Assembly (NCBI GenBank): GCA_002427885.1 | Contig: DIZI01000009.1 | Location: forward strand, 52,855-116,854 | Origin: Paludibacter sp. UBA6032 | GTDB lineage: Bacteria > Bacteroidota > Bacteroidia > Bacteroidales > Paludibacteraceae | Length of the DNA stretch: 64,000 nucleotides | Direction: 5' to 3' | Shown: piece by piece, positions 20,743 through 30,996 of the stretch | Layout: the number at the start of each line of letters is the position of its first letter | Numbering within the stretch: the first letter of the stretch is position 1 | Translations under genes and position numbers: made by a program | Notes under the pieces: model-generated | Seen by the model: only the letters and a program-made list of their open reading frames with translations | The model's database searches: none | Told to the model about the DNA's origin: nothing

Positions 20743-22152
20743 TTATTTTTGGTTATTGCGGTTATAACCGAATAAACGGTTGTCCTTTATGTGTTGAAAT
20801 ACTTTCTCGGGGACATAATTAATAAAACTATCGTCGCCGTTCTCAATCAGCCGGGTGATATTCAGTGAGCTAATTTCAAGAGTTTTAGCAGGAATACTCT
20901 TCATAACGAGAATCTTTTTGGTAATATTCAGGTATTGCCAGAGTAACTTATTTTCTTCGGAGAAATTCGAGTCTTCGGGGTAGACTACTTCGCCGGTTTT
21001 GGTATCGATATGCGGGTACAAATACACTTTTACATTGTCCTGAAACATAGAGCCCATGGCCTCGAGCAATCCTCCGCGTAAATCGGTGTAATTGGAACTG
21101 TCCAGTATTTTGTCAAAAGTTGGAAAACCGATAACCAGACGCAGTTTAATCATTTTAAATTGTCCGAAATAATTGACCAGTTTAAAAAAACGGGAGAATC
21201 GGGATATCATCACACTTTGTCCCATCATGTTCAGCAGGTCTACGCGGTGCAGAAAGTCCTTTTCGTTCACTTTTTCATCCTGCATAAGGGAGTTGAGCGA
21301 AATCTCGCAAAAAGCGATGGTATTATCGGGCCTGTAATCTTCGTCACGTTCAAAAACTGACAGACTGTCTTGCAAAAAGTCCATTCCCAACTGATTAATC
21401 GGTCTGAAATTTCCTCTGAGCAGCACCACATTTTTTTTGTGCAACATGTCACCGGGTTGCCGAACCTTTCCTGTCTGGTCGAACATAATGGCCGGGGTCA
21501 TGCGATTGCTCACCAGCATCAGGTTTAGCAGGCGGTTATCCACCCATGTCATATTGGGTCCTTCCACGTAAATATAATCCACTTCCACACGGTCGGTATC
21601 CAGGTTATCGAGCAACGATAACAGGATATTCCGGGGATCTTCCCATTCGAACAGGCCGCCGTAAATCAGGTTGATGCCCAAAGCACCCAACGTGTATTGT
21701 TGTAGCAGCGTATCGTTTTCGTGCAATTTTACATGAATAAATATCTTATTCGGATGATACCTGTCGCTGCCCTGTACGGCTATTCCCAGCCATCCGTTTC
21801 CCTGGTTTGTCTTGCTGAAATTGAGCGTTTCAACCGTATTGGCAAAAGCAAAGAATTTTTGGTTGTTTTTTTTATCCAGAATATCAATCAGTTCACCGTA
21901 TTCATAGTCCACCATTTTACGCAAGCGCTCTTCGGCTACATAGCGCGCTGAAGTATCCTGATTGTAAAAATGGTCGCTAAACAGTTTGTCGTAGGCCGAA
22001 ATGGATTTGGCAATCGTATTCGAAGCACCACCAGCCTGAAACAAATGACGCGCCGTTTCCTGTCCACCGCCAATTTCGGCAATGGCACCATAATACTTCG
22101 AATTAATATTGATATGTACCGATTTTTCCTTCGTACTCAGTGTATTTGCCAT
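20743..22152 (-). CDS. Conserved protein, NMN/NaMN adenylyltransferase-like family
   Basis: YGAIAEIGGGQE...AKSISAYD N-domain; RGNFRP degenerate nucleotidyltransferase motif; ISS...VP..V..I tail. Soluble, no beta-barrel. Confidence 0.6.
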   Translation of the reverse strand: MANTLSTKEKSVHININSKYYGAIAEIGGGQETARHLFQAGGASNTIAKSISAYDKLFSDHFYNQDTSARYVAEERLRKMVDYEYGELIDILDKKNNQKFFAFANTVETLNFSKTNQGNGWLGIAVQGSDRYHPNKIFIHVKLHENDTLLQQYTLGALGINLIYGGLFEWEDPRNILLSLLDNLDTDRVEVDYIYVEGPNMTWVDNRLLNLMLVSNRMTPAIMFDQTGKVRQPGDMLHKKNVVLLRGNFRPINQLGMDFLQDSLSVFERDEDYRPDNTIAFCEISLNSLMQDEKVNEKDFLHRVDLLNMMGQSVMISRFSRFFKLVNYFGQFKMIKLRLVIGFPTFDKILDSSNYTDLRGGLLEAMGSMFQDNVKVYLYPHIDTKTGEVVYPEDSNFSEENKLLWQYLNITKKILVMKSIPAKTLEISSLNITRLIENGDDSFINYVPEKVFQHIKDNRLFGYNRNNQK

Positions 22153-22342
22153 AGTCTTCAGCTGCTTTTTTATCGTGGTTGTGCCAGGTTATTCTTAGAT
22201 ATGCAAAGTTATTCTATTTTTATCGAATTTGAAAATATAACGTTACAAGTATAATTTAGTTTAAAATGAAAGGCTAAAATTGCCGGGATTTCCGGAATAC
22301 TTTTCAAACCAATAACTTGTTTACCGGAATGGATTATTTCAG

Positions 22343-22350
22343 TACCTTTG
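22343..22350 (+). promoter_or_regulatory. Bacteroidota -7 promoter element
   Basis: TACCTTTG upstream of 22412. Confidence 0.6.
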
Positions 22351-22411
22351 CAGGCTTATGTCACACTTCTGAACCAAATGACTACAGAAGTGTTTTTTAC
22401 AGAAAAACTTC

Positions 22412-24238
22412 ATGCAACCTAAAATATATCAATTAACCGATTTTTTACCCACTACTAAAAAAGAACTCGAGCTGAAAGGTTGGGACGAAGTGGATGTCGT
22501 GCTTTTCAGTGGCGATGCCTATATCGACCATCCTGCCTTTGCAGCTGCCGTTATCGGACGACTGCTTGAAGCACAGGGTTTAAAGGTAGCCATTGTACCT
22601 CAACCAAACTGGCGCGACGACCTGCGTGATTTCAAGAAAATGGGACGCCCCCGCCTGTTTTTTGCTATTTCGGCCGGAAATATGGACTCGATGGTGAATC
22701 ATTATACCGCCAACAAACGCCTGCGGTCGGACGATGCCTATACACCGGATGGAAAATCGGGTATGCGCCCCGATTATGCAACGATAGTTTATTCCAATAT
22801 CATTAAAAAACTGTATCCGGATGTGCCACTGGTGATTGGAGGTATTGAAGCTTCGCTGCGCCGTTATACCCATTACGATTACTGGTCGGATAAATTGATG
22901 CCCAGCATTCTGCTGGATACCAAAGCCGATTTGCTGGTTTACGGAATGGGGGAGAAGCCCATAAAAGAAGTGATACGTCAATTAAAGGAGGGTAAAGCCA
23001 TTAGTGAAATGAATGATATTCCGCAAACTTCCTTTTTGTCGAAAGAAATTCCACAACATCCCAAATGGAAAGATATTACCCTTGTTTCGCATGAAGTTTG
23101 TCTGGAGGATAAAAAGCTGTATGCATCCAATTTCAAATATATCGAGCAAGAGTCAAACAAATACTTTGCATCACGCTTGCTCCAGAAGACCGGCAATAAA
23201 TGGGTGGTGGTAAACCCGCCCTTTGATCCCTTGACTCCCGAAGAACTGGATGAATCATACGATTTGCCTTATACCCGGGTTCCACACCCAAAATACAAAG
23301 ACAAAAAGATTTCAGCTTATGAAATGATCAAGTTCTCGGTGAATATGCACAGGGGATGTTTCGGTGGTTGTTCGTTTTGTACCATTTCGGCTCATCAGGG
23401 TAAACATATCGTTTCGCGTTCAAAAGAATCCATACTGGAAGAGGTGAAGCAAATAACCGCTATGCCCGATTTTAAAGGTTATATCAGCGATTTAGGCGGT
23501 CCATCGGCCAATATGTACGGCATGAAAGGTATTAAAATGCATATCTGCAAACAATGCAGGAAGCCATCCTGTATTTTTCCAAAGGTTTGCTTCAATCTGG
23601 ATACCAATCACAATCCTATGCTGGATATATACCGGTCTGTGGATCAGATTCCGGGAGTCAAAAAATCATTTATCGGCAGTGGAGTCCGCTACGATATTTT
23701 GTTGAGCGATACAAAAAATTTTGATACCAATAAAAGCCATTCGGATTATATCCGCGAATTAATAACCAACCATGTTTCGGGGCGGTTGAAAATTGCACCC
23801 GAACATACTTCGGATGCCGTACTCAATATGATGCGGAAACCTTCTTTCGCCTATTTCGGAGAGTTTAAAAAACAATTCGAACGCATTAACCGCGAAGCCG
23901 GACTGAATCAACAACTCATTCCGTACTTTATTTCGAGTCATCCGGGTTGCCACAACGAAGACATGGCTGATCTGGCCATATTGACCAAGAAATTTGATTT
24001 TAAGTTGGAACAGGTTCAGGATTTTACACCAACACCCATGACGCTGGCTACCGAAATTTATTATTCGGGCTACCATCCTTATACCTTGGAACCGATTTTC
24101 ACGGCAAAAAGTAAAGATGAGAAACTGGAACAACGGAAATTCTTCTTTTGGTACAAGAGCGAATACAAAAATGCGATTATCCGTGATTTAAACAAGCTGA
24201 AACGACCGGATTTGGTGAATAAGTTGTTTCAAAAATGA
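22412..24238 (+). CDS. ygiQ: YgiQ-family (UPF0313) radical SAM protein
   Basis: GDAYIDHP, HRGCFGGCSFC (CxxxCxxC), DLGGPSANMY, QDFTPTP. Confidence 0.92.
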   Translation: MQPKIYQLTDFLPTTKKELELKGWDEVDVVLFSGDAYIDHPAFAAAVIGRLLEAQGLKVAIVPQPNWRDDLRDFKKMGRPRLFFAISAGNMDSMVNHYTANKRLRSDDAYTPDGKSGMRPDYATIVYSNIIKKLYPDVPLVIGGIEASLRRYTHYDYWSDKLMPSILLDTKADLLVYGMGEKPIKEVIRQLKEGKAISEMNDIPQTSFLSKEIPQHPKWKDITLVSHEVCLEDKKLYASNFKYIEQESNKYFASRLLQKTGNKWVVVNPPFDPLTPEELDESYDLPYTRVPHPKYKDKKISAYEMIKFSVNMHRGCFGGCSFCTISAHQGKHIVSRSKESILEEVKQITAMPDFKGYISDLGGPSANMYGMKGIKMHICKQCRKPSCIFPKVCFNLDTNHNPMLDIYRSVDQIPGVKKSFIGSGVRYDILLSDTKNFDTNKSHSDYIRELITNHVSGRLKIAPEHTSDAVLNMMRKPSFAYFGEFKKQFERINREAGLNQQLIPYFISSHPGCHNEDMADLAILTKKFDFKLEQVQDFTPTPMTLATEIYYSGYHPYTLEPIFTAKSKDEKLEQRKFFFWYKSEYKNAIIRDLNKLKRPDLVNKLFQK

Positions 24239-24243
24239 TTCTT

Positions 24244-24330
24244 TAACCGTAGCACGACTTTAAGTCGTATGGAGTCGTGGATATTTAACCGTATTTAATC
24301 GTAGCACGACTTTAAGTCGTACTACGATTA
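24244..24330. repeat. GTAG-type REP-like palindrome pair
   Basis: Two copies of cgtagcacgactttaagtcgt; the second is a long hairpin taatcgtagcacgac-tttaa-gtcgtactacgatta. Confidence 0.7.
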
Positions 24331-24334
24331 TATA

Positions 24335-25324
24335 CTACCATTTTTCTTTCGCTATTTCCGGCCAAATTCTATTTTCATAAATTTGTTTGATACCGGTCAT
24401 TTGCATGTCCGATAAATTGTCTGATCGGGAAGCCCGGATATTGGAGACAATCTGTTCGGGACGCGAAGCGCCGGGAATAATACAGCTGACCTGCGAAAAC
24501 ATTAAAATCCATTTGAGTGCTACTGCAGCCAGTTCTATGTCTTTTGGAAACAGATTTTTTATTTCAGCTACAGCTTCCAATCCTTTCAGGTAATCTATTC
24601 CCGAAAAGGTTTCACCCTTATCAAAAGCTTCCCCGTTCCGGTTGAAAGCGCGATGGTCACCGGAGCTAAAAGTAGTTGCGGGAGAAAACTTACCGGTCAG
24701 CAATCCACTAGCCAGCGGAACACGGGCGATAATCCCCACATTTCTTTTGGCTGCTTCGGCAAAGAATTCTTCAGCCGGCCTTTGTCTGAACATGTTAAAT
24801 ATGATTTGAACCGTTGTTACATTATCGTACTCAATGGCTTTCAGTGCTTCTTCTACTTTCTCCACACTCACACCCAGATTCAGTATTTTTCCTTCTTTTT
24901 TCAATGTATTGAATAAATCGAAAATTTCAGGACGATTGTAAGTTTCGGTAGGAGGACAATGCAACTGAATCAAATCAATCGTTTCAAGATTCATATTTTT
25001 CAGACTGTCTTCCACGAATTTACGCAGTATGGCGGGTTGATAGGCTTTATCCTCATGCGGTGAAAGTTTCCGACCACATTTGGTAGCTACAAACAATCGT
25101 TCGGAACGTGAATGCACAATACGACCGACCGCTTTTTCGCTCTCACCATTACCATATACATCGGCGGTATCAATAAAATTTATTCCACAATCAACGGCCG
25201 CATTTAATATTCTGTCGGCATTGGCATGATTGAAATCCTCACCCCATTTTCCTCCGACTTGCCAGGTTCCTATGCTAATTTCGGAAATTTCAAAACCTGT
25301 TTTTCCAAGAATTCGTTTCTTCAT
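24335..25324 (-). CDS. Aldo/keto reductase
   Basis: IDTADVYG, ATKCG, DLIQLH, PLASGLLTGK, IPGA. Confidence 0.93.
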   Translation of the reverse strand: MKKRILGKTGFEISEISIGTWQVGGKWGEDFNHANADRILNAAVDCGINFIDTADVYGNGESEKAVGRIVHSRSERLFVATKCGRKLSPHEDKAYQPAILRKFVEDSLKNMNLETIDLIQLHCPPTETYNRPEIFDLFNTLKKEGKILNLGVSVEKVEEALKAIEYDNVTTVQIIFNMFRQRPAEEFFAEAAKRNVGIIARVPLASGLLTGKFSPATTFSSGDHRAFNRNGEAFDKGETFSGIDYLKGLEAVAEIKNLFPKDIELAAVALKWILMFSQVSCIIPGASRPEQIVSNIRASRSDNLSDMQMTGIKQIYENRIWPEIAKEKW

Positions 25325-25370
25325 TTTATTTCAATTATTATAGGTTTATCGTTTGATTTAATTCAGATTT

Positions 25371-26546
25371 TTATTTCAGGGGACTTTTATCCACTTTCTT
25401 TTTCAGGTTTAAGAAGTAATTTTCAAAAACAACTTTCGAAACTGAAGCTACAGAAATTATTGCGATGATAACTATGGAATAAAACAGCAATGTACTGACA
25501 GCCGGACTTAACTGAATGAGATATTTTTTCAGGAATTGAATGACCGCAAAAATAATGAGTAATTGGTACATATAAATTCCGTACGAAATTTCACCCAGAT
25601 AGGAGAGAAACTTTTGCCGGAATTTGAATATATTATTTTCGATTAACGAAACGCCAATGATTAGATAAAGGAACAGAAAATCGAGTAATATGCCCGATAG
25701 GATGGGTGTTTCAAATACGTTTCTCCAAACAACATTATGTACATTCCCCTGAAAGATCAGGTAAGCAATGAGAGTCGAATAGATAATCAGTTGAATCGGT
25801 TTCTTGTAAATCAACATGTTGGAAAGTACTTCCTTCCGGTTAAAAATAAAATAAGCTCCCAAACCGCCAATGGCCATGGCTTCGAAGCGAAATATATTGA
25901 CCACATAAACGAACAGCGCATTTTTAATCCAAAACTCAGCAAGGCCCAATAAAACAATCTTAGCGACAATAATGGAAAGAAGTATAGGGAGAATTTTCTT
26001 TTTGCCAATTTTAAAAAGAGGTGCCCAAATCAAATAAAAGACTTCTTCAATTCCAATAGACCATAGTGGCTCCAGTAAATGATGTCCGAAATAAAATGCC
26101 ACTAAACCCGGAAGAAAAAACAGAAAATAATACCAGGTTTGTCCGAAATTATAGGGCATCACGTAATTGATATGCAGAAAATTGAAGACAACGGGAACCA
26201 GTAAAGTTCCGATAATTACCAAAAGAAAATAAAGCGGCCAGATACGCAACATTCGCTTTACATAGAAGTGCTTAATGCTGACAGTTCCGGTTTTGTGACT
26301 TTCTTTCAATAATAAATATGTAATTAAAAAGCCACTCAGTACGAAGAAAAAAACAACTGCATTTGTTCCATTTCTGAAAAGTCCCAACCATTCAAAATTA
26401 TAAAGCCCGTTCTTTTCGCGAATGGTCTCCGAATGGTGCATAACAACCAGAAAAGCGGCAAAAAACCGTAATGAATTGAGTCCTTCGAAAAAAGAAATAT
26501 TTTTGTATTTGTTCATTAATTGAGCGGTCAGAATTTTCGACTGCAA
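25371..26546 (-). CDS. Acyltransferase family 3 (OafA-like) membrane protein
   Basis: LNSLRFFAA..VV.HH, FFVLSGFLIT, RMLRIWPLY, WSIGIEEVFY, SYGIY. Confidence 0.92.
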   Translation of the reverse strand: MQSKILTAQLMNKYKNISFFEGLNSLRFFAAFLVVMHHSETIREKNGLYNFEWLGLFRNGTNAVVFFFVLSGFLITYLLLKESHKTGTVSIKHFYVKRMLRIWPLYFLLVIIGTLLVPVVFNFLHINYVMPYNFGQTWYYFLFFLPGLVAFYFGHHLLEPLWSIGIEEVFYLIWAPLFKIGKKKILPILLSIIVAKIVLLGLAEFWIKNALFVYVVNIFRFEAMAIGGLGAYFIFNRKEVLSNMLIYKKPIQLIIYSTLIAYLIFQGNVHNVVWRNVFETPILSGILLDFLFLYLIIGVSLIENNIFKFRQKFLSYLGEISYGIYMYQLLIIFAVIQFLKKYLIQLSPAVSTLLFYSIVIIAIISVASVSKVVFENYFLNLKKKVDKSPLK

Positions 26547-26560
26547 AGATAAACAATTAA

Positions 26561-27256
26561 TTAAAGTCTCAGCAGTGAATTGTCATCCCGGTTTGAATAA
26601 ATGGGTTTCATATGATTGATATTGTTTAAATACTCCTTGTATCTTTTAATTTCGTTATGCAACTCATCTACCGACGAACGGGCAGGGCCAAAGCTGATAA
26701 AAGGAGGTAATACCGTCATTCCCGTGAAGTAAAAAATACCGTGGTGCAAAGGAAATAATATTGTGTTGAGATCCCCGTTTTTTCCATTGGGTCCGTACGC
26801 CTGCAATGGTCCGCCCGTTGTAAGTGTAACAAAAGCTGTTTTGTCGGGATAAATACCATTTTCATACACCCCTTTTCCTGCTCCGTAAACAAATCCCATG
26901 GCAAAAACGCGGTCAACCCAACCTTTCAGTATAGCCGGCATACCAAACCACCACAAGGGAAAATTGAAAATCAGGATATCGCACCATTCCAGTTTTTCCA
27001 TTTCGGTTTTCAGTTCATCAACAAAAAGATTATTTTCGCTGGCATGAATCTGTTCCAACTGGTATTTGAAAAAATCAGGGTTATTGATTGATTTGAAATC
27101 GGACTTATTCCCAACCGGATCGAAATGCATGGCATATAAGTCACTTTCCATTACTTCATATCCCTTCATTAAAAATGAGTTAACTGCCGTCTGTTTTAAA
27201 CTCATACAAAAAGAAGCCTTTTCGGGATGAGCACTTACTATCAATACTTTTTTCAT
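26561..27256 (-). CDS. NAD(P)H:quinone oxidoreductase (Flavodoxin_2, NQO-like)
   Basis: AHP...SF, FPLWWFGMPAILKGWVDRV, TTGG. Confidence 0.92.
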   Translation of the reverse strand: MKKVLIVSAHPEKASFCMSLKQTAVNSFLMKGYEVMESDLYAMHFDPVGNKSDFKSINNPDFFKYQLEQIHASENNLFVDELKTEMEKLEWCDILIFNFPLWWFGMPAILKGWVDRVFAMGFVYGAGKGVYENGIYPDKTAFVTLTTGGPLQAYGPNGKNGDLNTILFPLHHGIFYFTGMTVLPPFISFGPARSSVDELHNEIKRYKEYLNNINHMKPIYSNRDDNSLLRL

Positions 27257-27289
27257 TATTTTGTTCTGTTTGAGTATCTTATTTAGCTG

Positions 27290-29317
27290 TTATTTAATTT
27301 GAACCAATGCATCATTCACTTCGTTAACAGGTCGTTGGCACGCACCGTTGCGGCACACATAAATGGTGGTATTCCCTTCAATCAACTTTCCTTCGAGCAA
27401 AGTTGAATCTTTATCCGTTTTTCCACCGTATAAAAACACATGCGGTAAATAATGACTGTCAAATTCTTTTCGTTTGGCTTCGCAATCTTCACCAACAATG
27501 GCAACTTCGTAAGGATCTTTCGCAAACCAGGCCATCAGAATATCCCAGTTGGCATAATAAATCCCGTTTTCCAATGCATGCTGTTTAATATTGGCAAGCA
27601 TTTTTTTAGCCATCCCGATATAATCTTCATTGTATAAATATTGCCCCAGAATAAACAGGTTTTTTGCCATTTCGGAATTGGAAGAAGAAATCACATTGTC
27701 GGATAATTCCATTTTCCTGGCAATCAGGGCCTGATCGAGATCAGAAGTGTAATAAAACATACCGCTGTCACCGTCCAGGAAATGTTCAATGCTGTAGGAG
27801 CAGAGTTGCTGTGCTTCTTTCAGCCATTTTTCATCGAAAGTAGCCTGATATAAAGCAATAAATGCCTGAATGGTAAAAGCATAATCATCCAGAAAAGCAT
27901 TGATTGTTGCTTTGCCGTTTTTATAGTTTCGACTCAAGCGATCATCTTCCGATTTCATTTCGGTTAAAATGAATTCAGCATTTTTCAAAGCAATTTTCAG
28001 GTAGTCGGGATCACCGAAAACCCGGTAAGCATATATAAACGCTTTCAACATAAGTCCATTCCAGGAAGTAAGGATTTTATCATCCAATGCCGGCCAGATG
28101 CGTTTTGACCGTTCGTTTAATAAAATACGTTTTGCTTCAAGGATACGATCCGACAATTCAACTTCAGTGAGGTTGTATTTACGGGCAAATTCTTTATCAG
28201 AAACTTTTTTATATAAAATACTCCTCTCATGTTCCCAGTTACCTGATCCCGAAACATTATAATAATCAATGATCAGGTCGGCATGGTTTCCGATTATTTC
28301 TTTTAGTTCATTTTTTTTCCAACAATAGAATTTACCTTCTATGCCTTCGCTATCGGCATCCAACGATGCATAAAAACCGCCTTTAAGCGAAGTTAATTCC
28401 CTCTGAACAAATTCCAGAGTTTCAAAAACGATTGTTTTAAACAATGGATTTTTTGTTTGCTGATAAGCCGCAGTGTATAAACTAACCAGTTGTGCATTGT
28501 CATACAGCATTTTCTCAAAATGAGGAACTTTCCAGACTGCATCGGTTGAATAACGGGAAAAACCACCGCCAATCTGGTCATAAATTCCTCCATTTGCCAT
28601 TTTTTCCAAAGTCAATGTGACTGCCGTTAGGGCATCTTCATTCTTTGTAAGTGAATAATAATGAAGCAAAAACTGATAACCAACCGGCAATGGAAATTTA
28701 GGTGCCCCCAACGAGCCGCCTTCTACAAAATCGATATCATTTTTCCATTTTACAAAGATGTTATCGAGGTCATCGAGACTAAATTCATGAACTTTAGCAT
28801 TAGCATAAATCATTTCATTATTTTGAACGCCATCGGTGAGTGATTTTGCCTGTTCTTCGGCTTTATCGGGATTATTTAGTACAAAACCGGAAACCTGTGA
28901 AAGCATATCCAACCATTGATCTTTTTGAAAATAGGTACCACCATAAATAGGCCTTCCATCGGGTAATGCGATACAATTCAACGGCCATCCGCCTCTACCG
29001 GATAGTAATTGTACCGCATTCATATAAACCTGATCAATATCGGGTCGTTCTTCGCGATCCACTTTAATCGCCACAAAATTTTCATTCATATACCCGGCAA
29101 CTTCTTCGTCTTCGAAACTTTCATGTTCCATCACGTGACACCAGTGACAGGCCGCATAACCTATACTGACAATAATCATCTTGTTTTCTTTCTTCGCTTT
29201 TTCAAGAGCTTCCGGTCCCCACGGATACCAGTTTACCGGATTGTGGGCATGCTGAAGCAGATAAGGACTGCTTTCATTCATCAGTGAGTTTGTATGTTTG
29301 TATTCTTGTGTGTTCAT
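27290..29317 (-). CDS. YyaL/SPATA20-like thioredoxin plus (alpha/alpha)6 barrel protein
   Basis: [31 protein letters not shown]. Confidence 0.93.
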   Translation of the reverse strand: MNTQEYKHTNSLMNESSPYLLQHAHNPVNWYPWGPEALEKAKKENKMIIVSIGYAACHWCHVMEHESFEDEEVAGYMNENFVAIKVDREERPDIDQVYMNAVQLLSGRGGWPLNCIALPDGRPIYGGTYFQKDQWLDMLSQVSGFVLNNPDKAEEQAKSLTDGVQNNEMIYANAKVHEFSLDDLDNIFVKWKNDIDFVEGGSLGAPKFPLPVGYQFLLHYYSLTKNEDALTAVTLTLEKMANGGIYDQIGGGFSRYSTDAVWKVPHFEKMLYDNAQLVSLYTAAYQQTKNPLFKTIVFETLEFVQRELTSLKGGFYASLDADSEGIEGKFYCWKKNELKEIIGNHADLIIDYYNVSGSGNWEHERSILYKKVSDKEFARKYNLTEVELSDRILEAKRILLNERSKRIWPALDDKILTSWNGLMLKAFIYAYRVFGDPDYLKIALKNAEFILTEMKSEDDRLSRNYKNGKATINAFLDDYAFTIQAFIALYQATFDEKWLKEAQQLCSYSIEHFLDGDSGMFYYTSDLDQALIARKMELSDNVISSSNSEMAKNLFILGQYLYNEDYIGMAKKMLANIKQHALENGIYYANWDILMAWFAKDPYEVAIVGEDCEAKRKEFDSHYLPHVFLYGGKTDKDSTLLEGKLIEGNTTIYVCRNGACQRPVNEVNDALVQIK

Positions 29318-29344
29318 GAATATTATTTATAAATTATGAATTAA

Positions 29345-30082
29345 TTATATCGTCCACAAGAAACCCAGATAAGTGCTTGTATAATTATCATTTACGATGC
29401 TGTGGCCGAAAGAAAATATAATATGAAATTTCGCTGATGGATTAAACGATCCGCCAATATTGAATGCGCTAACAGGATTATTACCAATTGCATCGGCTGT
29501 ATGATAATTAAGTTCGCCACCGAGTGTTATTGCGGGTGAAAAGTCATATTGCAGTTCCCAGCCGTAAAACATCCAGTTTTTGGTATTTATTCCCGGATTA
29601 AACCAATATCCGACTCCACCGTAAGTAGTCATCTTTCCCCAGGATTTTTGTACCCATACCGGAAGATAGAATTGGGTTTTTCCATTCCCGAAAGCTGAAT
29701 TTTTTATGGTTGGAATTTCCAGAATTGGAAAGATACCTATTTGTGGCATGTTTTCTGTTTCCTGAATAAAACGGTATTTCACTCCAAATTCCGTATAGGC
29801 ATAACCGATCTTAAACCCGTTTTGCATGGAATAATCATAATTCAGGGGTAAAAGAAGATGAACCTGAACATTTGGAACCAATCCGTAATTCACTTCTATA
29901 TGTGGACTTGTTCCCGAGCCTTCACCCGGACGAAAAGTATTAATGGTAGCTATATAATATTCCCAGTGTTTAAAATCAACCGGCTGTGGATCATCCGTAT
30001 TAAAAGGAGGACCTGCAACGACTTGTTGTTCTGAGAAGAGAATAACAAACAGGAAGAGAATATATTTGAGCTTTACTTTCAT
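29345..30082 (-). CDS. Outer-membrane beta-barrel protein (MetA-pathway/transporter-like)
   Basis: Signal peptide, GPPFNTDDP motif, amphipathic strands. Confidence 0.65.
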   Translation of the reverse strand: MKVKLKYILFLFVILFSEQQVVAGPPFNTDDPQPVDFKHWEYYIATINTFRPGEGSGTSPHIEVNYGLVPNVQVHLLLPLNYDYSMQNGFKIGYAYTEFGVKYRFIQETENMPQIGIFPILEIPTIKNSAFGNGKTQFYLPVWVQKSWGKMTTYGGVGYWFNPGINTKNWMFYGWELQYDFSPAITLGGELNYHTADAIGNNPVSAFNIGGSFNPSAKFHIIFSFGHSIVNDNYTSTYLGFLWTI

Positions 30083-30184
30083 CGCAAATATCCCGAAATC
30101 TGTTACAATAGATGACTAAATTTAAATTATATAACAAAAAAAACGGCATTGTGTTTTAAATGAAGCAGGAGTGAGGGGAAATTA

Positions 30185-30210
30185 AAAAGGCAATCTGTTT
30201 AGATTGCCTG
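30185..30210 (-). terminator. Intrinsic terminator
   Basis: aaaaggcaatct-gttt-agattgcct. Confidence 0.6.
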
Positions 30211-30239
30211 ATATTAAAAGAGATGAATTGAAAATCAAA

Positions 30240-30908
30240 TTAATTATTTCTTACAATTTCGTTGATATCTCTGCTTTCCAGAATTCTCTTATCGCTTCCT
30301 TTAATTACGGCAGCAATCAGCGCTTTCCCAAGTATCGCGGTATTGGTAACCATGCCTTCATAATGCTTTAAAATAAAATAAAACGGTTTGAAAAAGGCGT
30401 ACATGATTCTGTAAAGCTTTGTTCTTGACTGAATACCGTTCAAAGGCTGAATATATCCCGGTCGGAACATGTAAGCACTTTTAAAAGGCATATGCAACAA
30501 TGTATTTTCTGTTTTTCCTTTTACACGTGCCCACATGGTTTTTCCTTTTTCCGAGCTATCAGCGCCCGCACCGGATATATAACAAAAACTAATTGATTTA
30601 TTTGCCTTCAAAACCGCTTCAGCTACCTTTGTTGTAAGTTCAAAGGTATTTTTATGATAATCAGCTTCCGAAAGTCCGGCAGAAGTGACGCCCAGACAAT
30701 AAAAACAGGCATCGTATCCGCTCAATTGCTTGGAAATAGCCGATAAATCGAAGAAATCGTTGTGAATTATTTCGATTAGTTTGGCATGTGTGACTTTGCA
30801 TGATTGACGGTTCACAACAAGGACCGATTCAATCTGAGTATCTTTCAGGCATTCGGTCAAAACACCTTGTCCAATCATTCCTGTGGAACCAAATAATATA
30901 ACTTTCAT
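30240..30908 (-). CDS. NAD(P)-binding Rossmann epimerase-like protein
   Basis: MKVILFGSTGMIG, DACFYCLG, WARVKGKTEN; start placed at the Met before the GxxGxxG motif. Confidence 0.85.
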   Translation of the reverse strand: MKVILFGSTGMIGQGVLTECLKDTQIESVLVVNRQSCKVTHAKLIEIIHNDFFDLSAISKQLSGYDACFYCLGVTSAGLSEADYHKNTFELTTKVAEAVLKANKSISFCYISGAGADSSEKGKTMWARVKGKTENTLLHMPFKSAYMFRPGYIQPLNGIQSRTKLYRIMYAFFKPFYFILKHYEGMVTNTAILGKALIAAVIKGSDKRILESRDINEIVRNN

Positions 30909-30951
30909 ATCCGTATTGTTGTTTGATCTTTTTTCGGTTTTAAAGCAAAGT

Positions 30952-30991
30952 AAAAACAGGAAAAGCAATGGTTTTACTTTCCCTGTTTTTT
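30952..30991 (-). terminator. Terminator/attenuator-like hairpin
   Basis: aaaaacaggaaaag...ctttccctgtttttt. Confidence 0.55.
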
Positions 30992-30996
30992 CTTTA

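Noticed and set aside
30909-30968. N-terminal extension of the epimerase ORF
   Set aside because: It overlaps a terminator-like hairpin; the family starts at MKVILFG.
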